NCBI GenBank assembly: GCA_025558095.1
Contig: JAIVFI010000007.1
Coordinates: 744,001-808,000, forward strand
Reading direction: 5' to 3'
DNA: 64,000 bases
Source of the DNA: Hyaloraphidium curvatum SAG 235-1
Taxonomy: Eukaryota; Fungi; Monoblepharomycota
This document shows, one piece after another, positions 47,719 through 58,990 of the stretch; position 1 is the first letter of the stretch, and the number at the start of each line of letters is the position of its first letter. A program made the translations under genes and the position numbers. The notes below the pieces were generated by a model. That model was given only the letters and a program-made list of their open reading frames with translations. It did no database searches and was not told the DNA's origin.

Positions 47719-48841
47719 ATGGCCGCAGCTACAAATACATTCGAAGCGACTTCGCCAACTTGCGCGCAGCCGCCCGCGTCGGAGGACGCCGACGCGCCCG
47801 GCGTCGCGCTCCCCCCCGAGCTGGCTCTCGACATCATGGGGATCCTGGAAGCCGCTGGGGCAAAGCGCACGCTCCTTCGACTCCTCTCGACATGCCGCCT
47901 CTTTTTTCCGCTCGGACTGGGCCTGATGGTCCGGCGAATCGAGGTTTCGCCCCCGTCTGGCGGCGACGTCGGCGAGCGCTCCCTGGACCCGTACCGCGGC
48001 CTGCTTTCCGACGCCTTGGGGACCGGCAAGCTCGGCTGCGTGGAAGAACCGTCGGTTTCGGTGTGGCGGCGCGATTCCTTCTACGCGGAGTTCCTCCGGG
48101 GCGTGGGACCTTCGCTCAAAGTGCTGGAGATTGTCGCGTCGAGCCGCGCAGGCGTCGACGGGATCCTGGAGTCAATTGGAGCTGCGCGGACCTTGAGACA
48201 CGTTCGGATCCGTGTCCAAAGATACTCGGATTCGGGGCTCCGGGCTCGGAACAAGCTCTCCGATGACTATCTGCCTCTACTCCACCTTGAATGGCTTGGA
48301 TTCCCTGCAGGCGCTTGAAATCGAGGAAGAAGCCGAGTTGCTGGCGCGTATATCGGCGGATAACTCCGAATGGGGTTCTGCACTGCAAAGCTATCCGAAA
48401 GCCGCCTCATGCCTCCGCTGCATCACGTTGGGCATTCACATGGGACGCTGGGAGACGTCTTTCAAGCTCTCGGTTCACGATGCAGCGACCTCGGCGTTGT
48501 TGCGGTTCGATTTTCGGCGCGTGGAGGAGCTACGCCTGCCCGGAGCCATCTTGTGGCTGCCCCAGGAGCGCCTTGAATGGGTCAGAGGGGCCGTGGAAGC
48601 TTCCGGGGTTCGTTTGCTGCTTTCTCCCATTTGGGATGCCATGGTCCGCGACTATGTCTTCGACGCGGACATGACGGTCGACGGGGCCATCGCGGAAGCC
48701 GGACGGTGGCGAAGCCAGGAGGCGTTCTGGCTCGGAACCAAGGGTGTCGAGGTGGATACGTTTAGAAGGTGGGACGAGCTCCTGGAGGAGATCCGAACCG
48801 ACTGCAGGTGGCGGGCGCCGGCTCAGGCGATAGCGGAGTAG
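47719..48841 (+). pseudogene. LGTGKL family member 4, frameshift near 48285
   Basis: ORFs 47719..48318 and 48212..48841 carry LLSDALGTGKL and WRSQEAFWLGTKGVEV. Confidence 0.72.
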
Positions 48842-49084
48842 GACCAGGTGTCGATGTAGGGCAAGATCATGGGAACAGGAGTTCATTCGACCACGTATAA
48901 GTGCCCTGTCCCGACGACAACCCCTTCTCGATCTCCTCGTCAAAAACACACCCGAATCAAAGCGTCACAAGCATAGTTCAATCTTCTGCAGAGTCCGAGT
49001 GTCGAGCAATGGCAGAGCATGCGAGTCCTTCGCCTCCCCGGGCCGAGATGACGCCAGCGGGGGGCAGTGCCCCATGGGCGGAGT

Positions 49085-49252
49085 TCACTTGCCGGCGGGC
49101 GCCTGGCTGCCCTGGGACGAGCCCTGCGGGGTCGAGCCGAGCTTCCACTCGCGCACGATAACGTGGGCGGGGGTGGGGTTGGAGGAGTAGTGGCTCGCCG
49201 AAAGGCGGCGCACGGGGGCGACGAGGCGGGCGGCGGAGGCGAGGCGGGGCAT
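49085..49252 (-). CDS. Possible small protein with a presequence-like N-terminus; may splice further 3'
   Basis: MPRLASAARLVAPVRRLSASHYSS follows a gccgccATG context; no homology recognised. Confidence 0.3.
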   Translation of the reverse strand: MPRLASAARLVAPVRRLSASHYSSNPTPAHVIVREWKLGSTPQGSSQGSQAPAGK

Positions 49253-49672
49253 GGCGGCGGCGGTGCTTTTGCGGGGGAGGCGGAGGAGTGCTGCGCGGTA
49301 GCCGCTGGCGCTGGTTTGCTCGCGAGAGTGGTTTCTTGTCGGAGTCGATACGGGAACCGCGCCCTTTTCAAGCCCGGGTGCGCAACACCACCGCCCGGGT
49401 GCCCTTGCGGAGCCTGTGGATCGGGCCCGTGCCACCGTCCGATCCGGGCCGAATCGAGCCGAGGATGACCACAGAAGCAGGAAATGGGGCCGAAAATGCG
49501 ATCCCATGCGCGTTTGGCCAACAAGGGCGCGGGGAATGGGAGTCAAGTCGGACCCTCGACCTGGCTCGGCTTCCTCGGCTTCGGGCGGCAAAACATGTGA
49601 TCCCGGACCCGCCCCAAAGGCCGGTCCCTTGCGAAGAATCCGTTCCGGATCCCGCAGAAAGGCCTTGCGGGG

Positions 49673-50894
49673 CTATTCCGCGCCCTCCGGCACCTCGTTG
49701 CCATCTCCGTGTGCCGTGCCGGCGTCCAGTTCTTCGCGCAGCTCCTCCCAGCGGTCGAACGTCTCGATCTCGACGCCCTTTGTCCCGAGCCAGAAAGCCT
49801 CCTCGTTCCGCCAGTTCTCGAAGATTCCCACCGCGGCCAGCGATGCCATAAGTTCCCAGTCCGGGGCAATGCTGAGCCGCAGTCCGGAAACCTCGACCGC
49901 GGACCTGACCCGCGGAAAGACAGGCGAAGAGAGATCGAGCTCGCAGGAGGAAGCACTCAGCTCGACAAGCTGCCGAAAGTTATTGCAGGATTCGAGCAGT
50001 GTGCCGGTCCGCGCGTACTGCACATCGAGGAAGCGAACGTTTCGGAAGGCGTCCAAGATCCTCCCGAGTCCGTCGCGCATCCACGGTTCCCAGTTGAAGC
50101 GGCAATGTACTCTTTCGATGCTTTCGAGCCGGATTTCCGCCCAGTCCGGGAGTTTGTCGTCGTCCAAGGCGATGCTTCCCAGTCGGGACGCTAAGCTGGG
50201 GAATTCGCGGAAGGCTGCCGACCAGCCGCGGGACCCCTGAGCGGCTCCGGTCCACGACACATCCAGGTCGTCGAAGCCAATCTCCCGCAAGGTTTCCAGC
50301 CCGTTGAGGTGGCGCAGGAGGGGCAGGAACGGGTCGGCCTGGGGGTTGCCGGTCTGCAGTGCGAGCTCCGGACGGGGGGTACCAGTAGCAGACACGGATG
50401 AAAACGCGCTCGAGCTGGTCCGCGGCGCCTATTGCCTCGGAAAGCTCCTCCACGCCGGCGCGGTCCTGGGCGACGACTTCGAGCGTAGCCAGCGACGCCC
50501 CGGTGCGGCGGAGCAGCTCCACGTAGAATGTGTCCCGCCGATAGACCGTCACCGAGAGCTCCTTGACGTTGCTCAGCTTCCCCGTCCCTAGTGCATCGGA
50601 GAGAAGGCCGCGGTACCTGTCCAACGCCCGGCCGCCATCGTCTCCCCGAGGCACCTGCGCCGGCGCCTCGATCCCGCGGACGAGCAGGCCTACTCCGAGA
50701 AAGAGCATGCCCCGGCACGTCGACAAGAGGTGGAGGAGAGTGAGTTTCAGCCCTTTGGCCTCGAGGCTCCTCGCGACGGCAAGGAGGAGCTCCGCGGGGA
50801 GCGTGACGTGGCGGTCGTCCACCACTTGAGGCCGTGCGGCGCGGCAGAAAGGCAGCGGGGATCCGTTCCGCGCATGGTGCGTCACGGCGGACAT
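49673..50894 (-). pseudogene. LGTGKL family member 5, frameshift near 50380
   Basis: ORFs 49980..51008 and 49673..50395 carry LLSDALGTGKL, PQADPFLPLLRHL and WRNEEAFWLGTKGVEI. Confidence 0.72.
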
Positions 50895-51002
50895 CGTGTG
50901 ATTGCGGGCAGATGCGGAGTGAAGTCGGTGGTGTCGGTCCGATGCTCGTATTCCCCCTCCGCCTGCACCTCCTCTTTCTGGTCTCCGTGCGAGAGATTGT
51001 TG

Positions 51003-52095
51003 ATGCATGGCTCAATGCTACGCCCGGCAGTATGCGGCGACCTCATTAGCAAACTGCGGAGCGTCTCTTACTTCAACGGACTCCATGCCTTCTATGACAA
51101 TCAGCGGCTGGAGCAGGTGGCCGGAGCTATGGCTTTCCGGCTCGGCCTGGCCGCGCCGGCGATCGAGGATGGTTTCGGAGTCCACGGGTTACGCTTTGCG
51201 CCAATCGCACTGTGTGTGTGTCGCTGCACTTGGCGGGGTCCTCGGCGTGGGAGCTTACCACTTGCCTCAGATGACGTCGCGCTCTATGTGGACGATTCGC
51301 GCTTCATGGAAGAACCCGGGGATGCCCGCAAGGAGGAACTCATGACCGCGGTCAAGGTTCTTGCCAGCATTGTTACCGTCATGGGCGACGGCAGAATCAG
51401 CCTGGTAGGACGGCCAAAGCAAGATGAGCGCTGGCTACTCACTTGGCCACGGTCAGCGCTTCTTCAACAGCGACATCGAGCTGGACGGCTTCCACAGCGT
51501 GGAAGAGGTGATGACGGTCATGGGCGAGGTAGGCCTAGCTCCTCTGGCGGTCCCTTCTTCCGCTGAACCGGCCTCGTCACAGGTTGAGTTTATTGGCGAC
51601 AAGTCCATGGCGACGAACCTGGAAGCGCGCATCATCCAACCCCTCATCGTCGGCCCCGCCAAATCCGGCAAGCTGAGGAAGCCCGTGCAGGTCGTCATCC
51701 TTACATGCGGCCATTCCGAAGGCGACGACCACCAAGTCGTCTCAGATGCACTGCGCAGGTGCAAGGCGGACCTGGTCGGAACGCGGTATGGCGTCGGTGC
51801 CGCGGCGTTCCAGTTTGCTCAGCTCGGCGGGGACAAGGCGACGGAGCGACTCCTGGAGGACCTCGGATCGGACGAGGTGGGCATTCCCGTAGCACCTTGA
51901 TGTCCGCTGCCTCAACATCTTTGCCCTTCCGCGCAGGGACCTGGCTATCTTGCCAAACGAGTCGACTTCACTAGAGGGTTTGCCTCGGAAGCCGAGAGCT
52001 GGGCGAAGCACGGCGACGTCCTAGGGTTGGGAATCTACGCGTACAAGCTCCTAACGGGGGCGATCGATGGGTCCAAGCCGTTCGACAACGTGTAA
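51003..52095 (+). CDS. Fungal-type von Willebrand factor A domain protein with a degenerate MIDAS site, multi-exon
   Basis: Spliced product: ALYDVALYVDDSRFM..RFFNSD..RIIQPL..KPVQVVILTCG..YGVGAAAFQFAQLGGD..KLLTGAID..*. Confidence 0.7.
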
Positions 52096-52386
52096 GGCGT
52101 TTGAACTGGAGAAAATGAACGTGCACCTCAGGTGAGGCCTGCGGCCTGCTGATGGCACGATGGCGCAACTTAGCTCCGTCTGTTGTGATATACGTCCAGT
52201 AGAAGATGAAGCTCGAGACCCAAAGGGCCGAAACTGATGATCATGCACGCTGATGCACGTGGGACGACAGAGTCCACGAGGCGCTCGCGTTGGGTGCGTG
52301 CCGGTGCTGGGCGGTGACCGCGTCCCACCTTTCGGTCCCGTCCTCCGCGCCTTTCTCGACCCGAGAGCCCCTCTGCCCTGCACAGT

Positions 52387-52880
52387 ATGATGGCTCTTGA
52401 GCTGCAGGAGGAGACCGCTCCGCCGCGGCGTGGCGGCCCTGCCCCGGGAGACGCGAATGCCACACGCGTCGCGCTCCCCCCGAAACTGCTCCTCGCCATC
52501 ATGGAGGTCCTGGAAGCCCGCGGGCACAAGCGCACGCTGCTCGACTTCCTTTTGACGTCCCGTTCCGTGCTCTCTGTGGGGCTGAGCGTGCTCTTCCGTC
52601 AGATCAAGGTGTCGCGGGGAAGCTCCGGCGCTCTCGACCGGTTGCGCGGCCTCGTTGCGGACGCACTGGGGACGGGAAAGCTCACCCGCGCCAAGGAGCT
52701 GTCGGTGGATATCTGGACGTCGGACCCGTTCTACGCGGAGCTACTGCGCGGGACCGGGGCATCGCTGCAGGAGCTGCGGATCACGGCTTCCAGCGGGCCC
52801 GGCGTCCTGTCCTTTCTGGAAACGGTGGGGTCGTTGAGGAAGCTCAAGCGGGTCTCAATATCGCTCGACTACTCGGATCG
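52387..52880 (+). pseudogene. LGTGKL family member 6, 3'-truncated
   Basis: RVALPPKLLL..GHKRTLL..LVADALGTGKL; similarity ends at LKRVSISLDY. Confidence 0.72.
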
Positions 52881-53048
52881 GCCCCGCATCGCGGACGCGG
52901 CGCCGCGCCGTGGCGTCCGACTTTGTAGCTTTGCCGGCTTCGCCGCCCTCGATGTCTCGACAAAGAGCTCTACTGCGCTGGCACATACAATTGTTCCTCT
53001 GGACTCCCTTCTATGAATGCCGCCCGAGTCACACACGTTCTGACTGCA

Positions 53049-54185
53049 TCACCGTTTTCCGCGGCGCACAGACGCTGTCTGGTCGTTCGCCGAAGAAGAT
53101 CCCGCCATCGCGACAGACTCGTACGCGGGCGGCGCATCGTGAGAGACCTCGTAGGGCTCGTTCGGCGGAGGTGCAAGCGCGGGATCCGTAACCGTCTGTG
53201 CGGCAGGAATTGATGCGTCTTCGGCCGGCACCGTGACCGAGACGGTCTCGGGGGCCTTGAAATCGGTTCCGGCCTTGGAATCGGCTTCGGCCATCTCCGC
53301 GCCCGCGCGCTGGCGGCGGCGGCGGCAGAGAAGCCAGGTGGTGATGGCAGCCGCGGCGATGACGAGCACGGGCACGACGACCGCAATGGCGATGATGCCG
53401 GGGCTGGGACCCTTGGGCGGGGCGGGAGGCGAGGGAGGTGCGTTGAAGACGGTCCCTTCCGGTGCGCCGTTCCTGTAGCAGGACGGATCGCCCGGAGGAC
53501 CGCAGGTCGTGCCGCCGGGGCAGTATTGGCCATCACCTGCGGATCGGGCGCAGGTCAGGCGATTGGTGCATACTAGTCGCGCGACGAATGCGAATCACCC
53601 ACTGCAGCAGACGGAGCCGAAAGGGTTGCATGTGGTCGCGGAGCATTGGGAGGTTCCGGCGGGGCAGGCGCTGCTGGATCCGTCGCGGTAGCAGTTGGGA
53701 TCGCCGGGCGGGCCGCACGTGGTTCCTCCGGGGCAGTACTGGCCGTCACCTGCGGGGCCAGGGAGGAGCAATCAATGACCAGCGCCGCCGGTCGCACTAC
53801 TACGAAGATACCGACTGCAGCAGACGGTGCCGGAAGGGTTGCACGTCGTCGCGGAGCACCGGAAGGAACCGACGGGGCATGACTGGCGTTGCTGGAAGCC
53901 CGATCCATCGTCCGGGCCGCCTACGCTCGAATGATCTTTGGCTTGCACCCCGTCGGCGTCGGCTCTGGCCTTCTCGATCACCTGGCGCCGCCGCAGCGCG
54001 ACCTCGTTGAGGAGCTTCTTGGTAAGGCCGCCGCTGTCGAGATCCTTGGGGTCCTTGGCGGGGGCCGGGTCGGAAGGAGAGTAAACGGCGAGGGAGGCCT
54101 TGGTGGTCTGGCCGGTGACTTGGACGGCGGCCGCGAGGACGAGCACGAGCGCCGCCAGGACTGGCAGACAGAAGGCTTTCTGCAT
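53049..54185 (-). CDS. Type I membrane protein with 2 eight-Cys repeats, a TM and a cytoplasmic PPAY motif
   Basis: Signal MQKAFCLPVLAALVLVLAAA; repeat CPxGxxxCSATTCNPxGxVCCSGDGQYCPGGTTCGPPGDPxCY; TM IIAIAVVVPVLVIAAAAITTWLLC followed by RRRR; DAPPAYE. Confidence 0.78.
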
Positions 54186-54592
54186 CTTCGCAGTGTAGGC
54201 GGCGGTCTTGATAGCTCCAACCGGCCGGCCAGGAGGGCAGTCGGCCGTTATCGTTCGTTCGTCAGTCAGTCAGTCAATCAAGGCGTCAGTCAATCAAGCT
54301 GTGCGATTCGACTGACTGACAGACTTCCAACAGGTTTTGGCGAGAACGCTTCGGCCGCAACACCACTGGACACAGAGCGGCGTAGTCCACCTGAAGTGAA
54401 ATTGATAACACTTTTCGCTCGATCGGCATGGAAATCGGGGTCTTCCATGCGACAAATGGTGTGGCCGGCTCGAGAAGTCGCGAAAAGACTGTCAGTCAGT
54501 CAGCTGTCCGATTTGATCTGCACAGCTACGACCATAAAAGGGCCGATTTGCCCTTCCTCCGAACGAGCGCCGAAAGAAACGGCCGCACCAAG
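54186..54592. promoter_or_regulatory. Probable bidirectional promoter with clustered GTCA/TGAC repeats
   Basis: 407 bp between two divergent paralogs. It contains gtcagtcagtcagtcaatc, gtcagtcaatc, gactgactgac, gtcagtcagtcag and a cataaaa element at about 54533. Confidence 0.5.
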
Positions 54593-55991
54593 ATGCTGAA
54601 AGCCCGCTCTCTCGCCGTCCTCGCGACGGTGGCGCTCCTGGCCCTCGCAACCGCCCGCGGCGCCGCTGCCGACACCAAGGCCTCGCTCGCCGTCGTCTTT
54701 GACGGCGCTTCCGACGCCGCCCCCGCCAAGGACCCCAAGGATCTCGCCGGCCCGACCAAGAAGCTCCTCGCCGAGGTGCTCCAGCGCCGCGACCAGATCG
54801 CCAAGGCTACGGAAGCCGCCGGCGGCATCCACGACAAGTCCCTCGTCAACCTCACCGGAGCCGGCGGATCAGGCTTCCAGGTGCGCCAGAGCTGCCCCTC
54901 CGGCTCCTCGCGCTGCTCGGCCACCACGTGCAACCCCTCGGGCACCGTCTGCTGCAGTACGTCGTGCACGCGCCGGGCCGTTCAGCGCGCTGACCACTCC
55001 CGTGCACCGCATCCGCAGGCGACGGCACCTACTGCCCCGGCGGCACGACCTGCGGGCCCCGCGGCGATCCCAACTGCTATGAGGGCGGCTCCAGCGGCAG
55101 CGGCGGGTCGGGCGGCACCTGCCCCTCCGGCTCTTCGAGGTGCTCCTCGACCACGTGCAACCCCTCCGGCACCGTCTGCTGCAGTACGTTGCGCACGCGC
55201 CGGGCCGTCAGCGCGCTGACCACTCCCGTGCACCGCATCCGCAGGCGACGGCACCTACTGCCCCGGCGGCACGACCTGCGGGCCCCGCGGCGATCCCAAC
55301 TGCTACAACGGCAACAGCAACGGAAACAGCGGGACATCCGGCAACGGTGGATCGGGTACCTGCCCCTCCGGCTTCTCGCGCTGCTCGGCCACCACGTGCA
55401 ACCCCTCGGGCACCGTCTGCTGCAGTGCGTTGCCCCCGCTCCCGGTTGCGCCCCAGGTCCGCTGACCTTCTCGCGCAGGCGACGGGCAGTACTGCCCCGG
55501 CGGGACGACCTGCGGGCCCCCCGGCGACTCCAACTGCTACAACGGCAACAGCAACGGGAACAGCGGAACATCCGGCAACGGCGGGTCGGGCGGCACCTGC
55601 CCGGCCGGATCCTCCCGGTGCTCCTCGACCACGTGCAACCCCTCCGGCACCGTGTGCTGCAGTACGTGATCCACGTTCGGCGGCACCCTGGTTCATTTGC
55701 TGACCGTCTCGTGCGTTGTGCCTAGGTGACGGCCAGTACTGCCCGAGCGGGACGACATGCGGGCCCGCCGGCGATCCCAACTGCTACAGGAGCGGAAGCA
55801 ACACGGGCGGCAACACCGGAGGCAACACCGGCGGCAACACCGGAGGCAACACGGGGGGAAACACGGGTGGCAACACGGGCGGGAACACGGGGGGGAACAG
55901 CGGCACTTTCCGCAGCGGAGCCGCGGGGGTCAAGGCCGGTGCCGCCGGGTTCGCCTGCGCGGTGGCCGCGGCGGTGGCGGCACTGGCTTGA
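54593..55991 (+). CDS. Probable GPI-anchored surface protein with 4 eight-Cys repeats, 5 exons
   Basis: Signal peptide, a pro-region shared with the divergent paralog (PAKDPKDL..TKKLL.EV..RR), 4 repeats each split by an intron after CC, a GGNT linker and a hydrophobic C-terminus. Confidence 0.8.
55800..55903 (+). repeat. Coding 12-bp minisatellite (NTGG x about 8)
   Basis: aacac(g/c)ggNggN units in tandem. Confidence 0.9.
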
Positions 55992-56084
55992 GTGATCTCC
56001 AAGGTGGAATCAAAGTATCCATGGTAGCGACGCCGCCGCGAGCATCCTCAGTCAACGACCTCTATCCGCGTCCTGATCCGCACA

Positions 56085-56365
56085 TCAATTCAGCTTCATT
56101 TCCTTGACCTGGAACTCGACGTTGTCCACCCTATCCTCCCTGACGAAGATGCGGCCGACGAACATGCCCGCCTTGGTCCTCCAGCGGTCACCGCGGCGTC
56201 GGCCTCGCGCGGCGTGGCGAAGACGCCGCGCACCGAGACTGCCGGCCCGCGGTCCGCCGCGCGCACTTCCCGCACCACAACGTAGACCGAGGCCGGCGCG
56301 GCAGATGCGAGGCGCTTGGAGCCGCCCGCGTGCGCGTCGGAGGCGTCCGAGGGGCGCTTGAGCAT
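56085..56365 (-). CDS. Small hypothetical gene or pseudogene
   Basis: MLKRPSDAS..VYVVVREV..VRGVFATPREADAAV, then an apparent frame change to VEFQVKEMKLN*. Confidence 0.3.
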
Positions 56366-56443
56366 GTTGGGTCGCGATTCGAATTCGGAGACGCAGGCGG
56401 AAGGAATTTGATCACATACTCACTTTGGCTGCGTAAGCCCGGT

Positions 56444-57664
56444 TCACTTCGAACTTCCATCCTCATCTACGTTCTCGCCCGTGCTTTCCTCCCAATCGTC
56501 GAGTACCCGATCCCAGTCATCGAAGCCTTCGATCGTGACCCCGCTGATTCCAGCCCAGAACGCCTCCTCGTTCCGCCACGAATCCACGACATCTCTGGCT
56601 TCCAAAACATCCATCGAGTCCGCAACGAGATCCGACATCCAGTCCCAATTGGGAGCAACGAGGATCTTTGCGCCGCAGGCCTCCATGGCTACCTTGACGT
56701 CCGGAAATGATTGCGGGGGCAAGTCCAACTCGCAACGGTGGATACTGAATTCGGTCAGCGCCGGGATAATGCAATTCTGCAGGAGCGGGCCGGTCTTGGC
56801 GCCGTGGATGTGCAGGCAGCGCGCGCCCGGGAAGGCGCTGAAGATCCGCGCGAGGTTGTGCGGTGCTGTCTCAAATTCCTGGAAGTGGATGCGTATGGTC
56901 CTGACGCTCTTGAATTTGGCAGCATGCCACTCGTGCAGATTCGAATCGAAGAGCGTCACGCTGCGGAGACGCGACGCCAGCTTTGGAAAATCCTGGAATG
57001 AAGACGCCCAGCTGCGCGAGCCTGGTACTTGATTCATCCACTGCGAAGATTTGTCGTGGAAGCTGATCCGCCTCAGCGTTTGAAGCCGGTCGAGGTGGCG
57101 GAGAAGCGGTAGGAATGGTTCCGCCTGCGGGTCCAGCGCGTTCTCGAAATCTTTGGCGGGGTCGACCGATATGGAGACCCGCTTCAGCTTCCTCGCTGTC
57201 CTCACATCTTCCAGGAAAAATTCGACGCCGCCGACACTGGAGGCCGTGATCCGGAGCTCCTTTAGCGACGGCCCGGCCCGACGAAGGAGCTTCGAGTAGA
57301 ACGGGTCCTGCTTCCGGATTTCCACAGACAGTTCCCTGACCTGCGCAAGCTTCCCCGTCCCCAGTCCGTCTTCAACCAGGCCGCGAAACCGGTCGAGGGC
57401 GCGCGGACCGGCACCGGCGTGTGTGGAAATCCTCGACACGCTGACCCGGCGGAGGAGCACGCCTATCCCCAGCGAATACGCAGACCTCGACACCGAAATG
57501 AAGTTGAGTAGCGTGCGCTTGTGCCCGCGGCCTTCCAGCAGCCACATGACCGCGAGGAGCAGTTCCGGGGGGAGCGTGACGCGGGTCGCCGGCGCGTCTT
57601 CCTGGGCGGCAGGGAGTCCGGCGAGGTGCGGGGACGTGTCCCGGGCAAGTTCGGTAGTGGCCAT
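56444..57664 (-). CDS. LGTGKL family member 7, intact
   Basis: RVTLPPELLL, LVEDGLGTGKL, DPQAEPFLPLLRHL and WRNEEAFWAG motifs. Confidence 0.78.
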   Translation of the reverse strand: MATTELARDTSPHLAGLPAAQEDAPATRVTLPPELLLAVMWLLEGRGHKRTLLNFISVSRSAYSLGIGVLLRRVSVSRISTHAGAGPRALDRFRGLVEDGLGTGKLAQVRELSVEIRKQDPFYSKLLRRAGPSLKELRITASSVGGVEFFLEDVRTARKLKRVSISVDPAKDFENALDPQAEPFLPLLRHLDRLQTLRRISFHDKSSQWMNQVPGSRSWASSFQDFPKLASRLRSVTLFDSNLHEWHAAKFKSVRTIRIHFQEFETAPHNLARIFSAFPGARCLHIHGAKTGPLLQNCIIPALTEFSIHRCELDLPPQSFPDVKVAMEACGAKILVAPNWDWMSDLVADSMDVLEARDVVDSWRNEEAFWAGISGVTIEGFDDWDRVLDDWEESTGENVDEDGSSK

Positions 57665-57819
57665 GGCGCGGAGCAGGTGCGGAGAGACAGGAGAAAAGAC
57701 GTGTGAGGACGAGGAAAGTTTCGAGTTAGGCGGGCCGCCATGAACGCTGTGACGAGTGACGCCGCATCTTCCACTCTTCCAACCACACGTGAGCGTCGTT
57801 TACAGTACTACCTATACAA

Positions 57820-58990
57820 GAAGCTCCTATTCGTTCAGCCGCTTGGAAAGGTCGTCCCATCCATCGAAAGGCCTGATGAGGCATCTTTTCGTCTCCATCC
57901 AGAACGTCTCCTCCGCATCCCAACCTTGTGCCACGGTTGCGGCATCGGCCGGAGTTTCGGCTTCGTCGATCCGCTCCAGCATCTTGTTCCAAGCTGGAGA
58001 AATGACCAGCATGGCCCCCGACGTCGTTACCGCCGACCTGACCTGCTCGAAAGATTCACGCTACAGGTCGAGCCTGCACTCGTCGACGTAGAGACACTCC
58101 AGCCGGCCCAAGCTGCACCCTCGGAAGAGCGCGTCCGTCCGGGCACCGGTGATTTTCAGACGGCGCACGCTGGGGAAGGCGTCCAGGATCCGGTCAAGGA
58201 CGCCAAGTTCTCCGGGGTCCCGGTAGCAGAAAAGTCGACCACTTCGATGCTCGGGAACCGGGTCTTTGCCCAATCGGCGACGGTCGTGTCGTCCGCCGTT
58301 ACGCGGATCAGGCACGAAGCGGCCCTCGGCAGTTCGCTGAATGCATCAACCCAGCTGCAAGAATCCGGCACCTGGTAGTAGGAAGACATGACAGGGTCGT
58401 CAATTTTGATCTCCCTCAATGACTCAAGTCCGTCGAGGTGGCTCAGGAGAGGGAGGAAAGGATCCGCCTGCGGGTCCTCTTCGACTTCATAGAAACCAGA
58501 GTAATCGCCGACTCTGATAAGGACGCGCTCGAGCTTATGGCTGCATCGATGCCTTCCAGAAAACCTTCGACGCCCTCGGAATCCGACGCCCGGAGCTCGA
58601 GCATCTTCGGCGACGGCCCAGCCATCCGGAGAAGCTCGCCGAAGAAAGGATCCCGCTTCCACACCTCGACCGTGAGCTCTTCCACGCGAGAGAATTTCCA
58701 AGGAGCAATATTCTCCGACAGAAGGTCGCGGTACTTGTCCAACAGGTGAAAGGGGTCCTCCTCATCACGCGTCGAGAAAGGCAGGAAGAGCCTCCGGGCG
58801 AGCAGGCCTGGCCCGAGCCCGAGCATCACTTTTGACGTCAACAGAAGCTCCCAGCGTGCGCTTTTGGTCGCGCCTCTCCAGCACCTCCATGACGGAAAGG
58901 ATCAGCTCCGGGGCAGTGTGACGCGCATCGCGTCGGCGTCTTCCGGGGTCGCAGGGACTCCGGCGGGCCGCGGGGACGCGTTTCGGGCAC
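57820..58990 (-). pseudogene. LGTGKL family member 8, multiple frameshifts
   Basis: PELILSVMEVLE..KRTL, LDKYRDLLSEN, DPQADPFLPLLSHLDGL and WDAEETFW lie in different frames. Confidence 0.7.
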
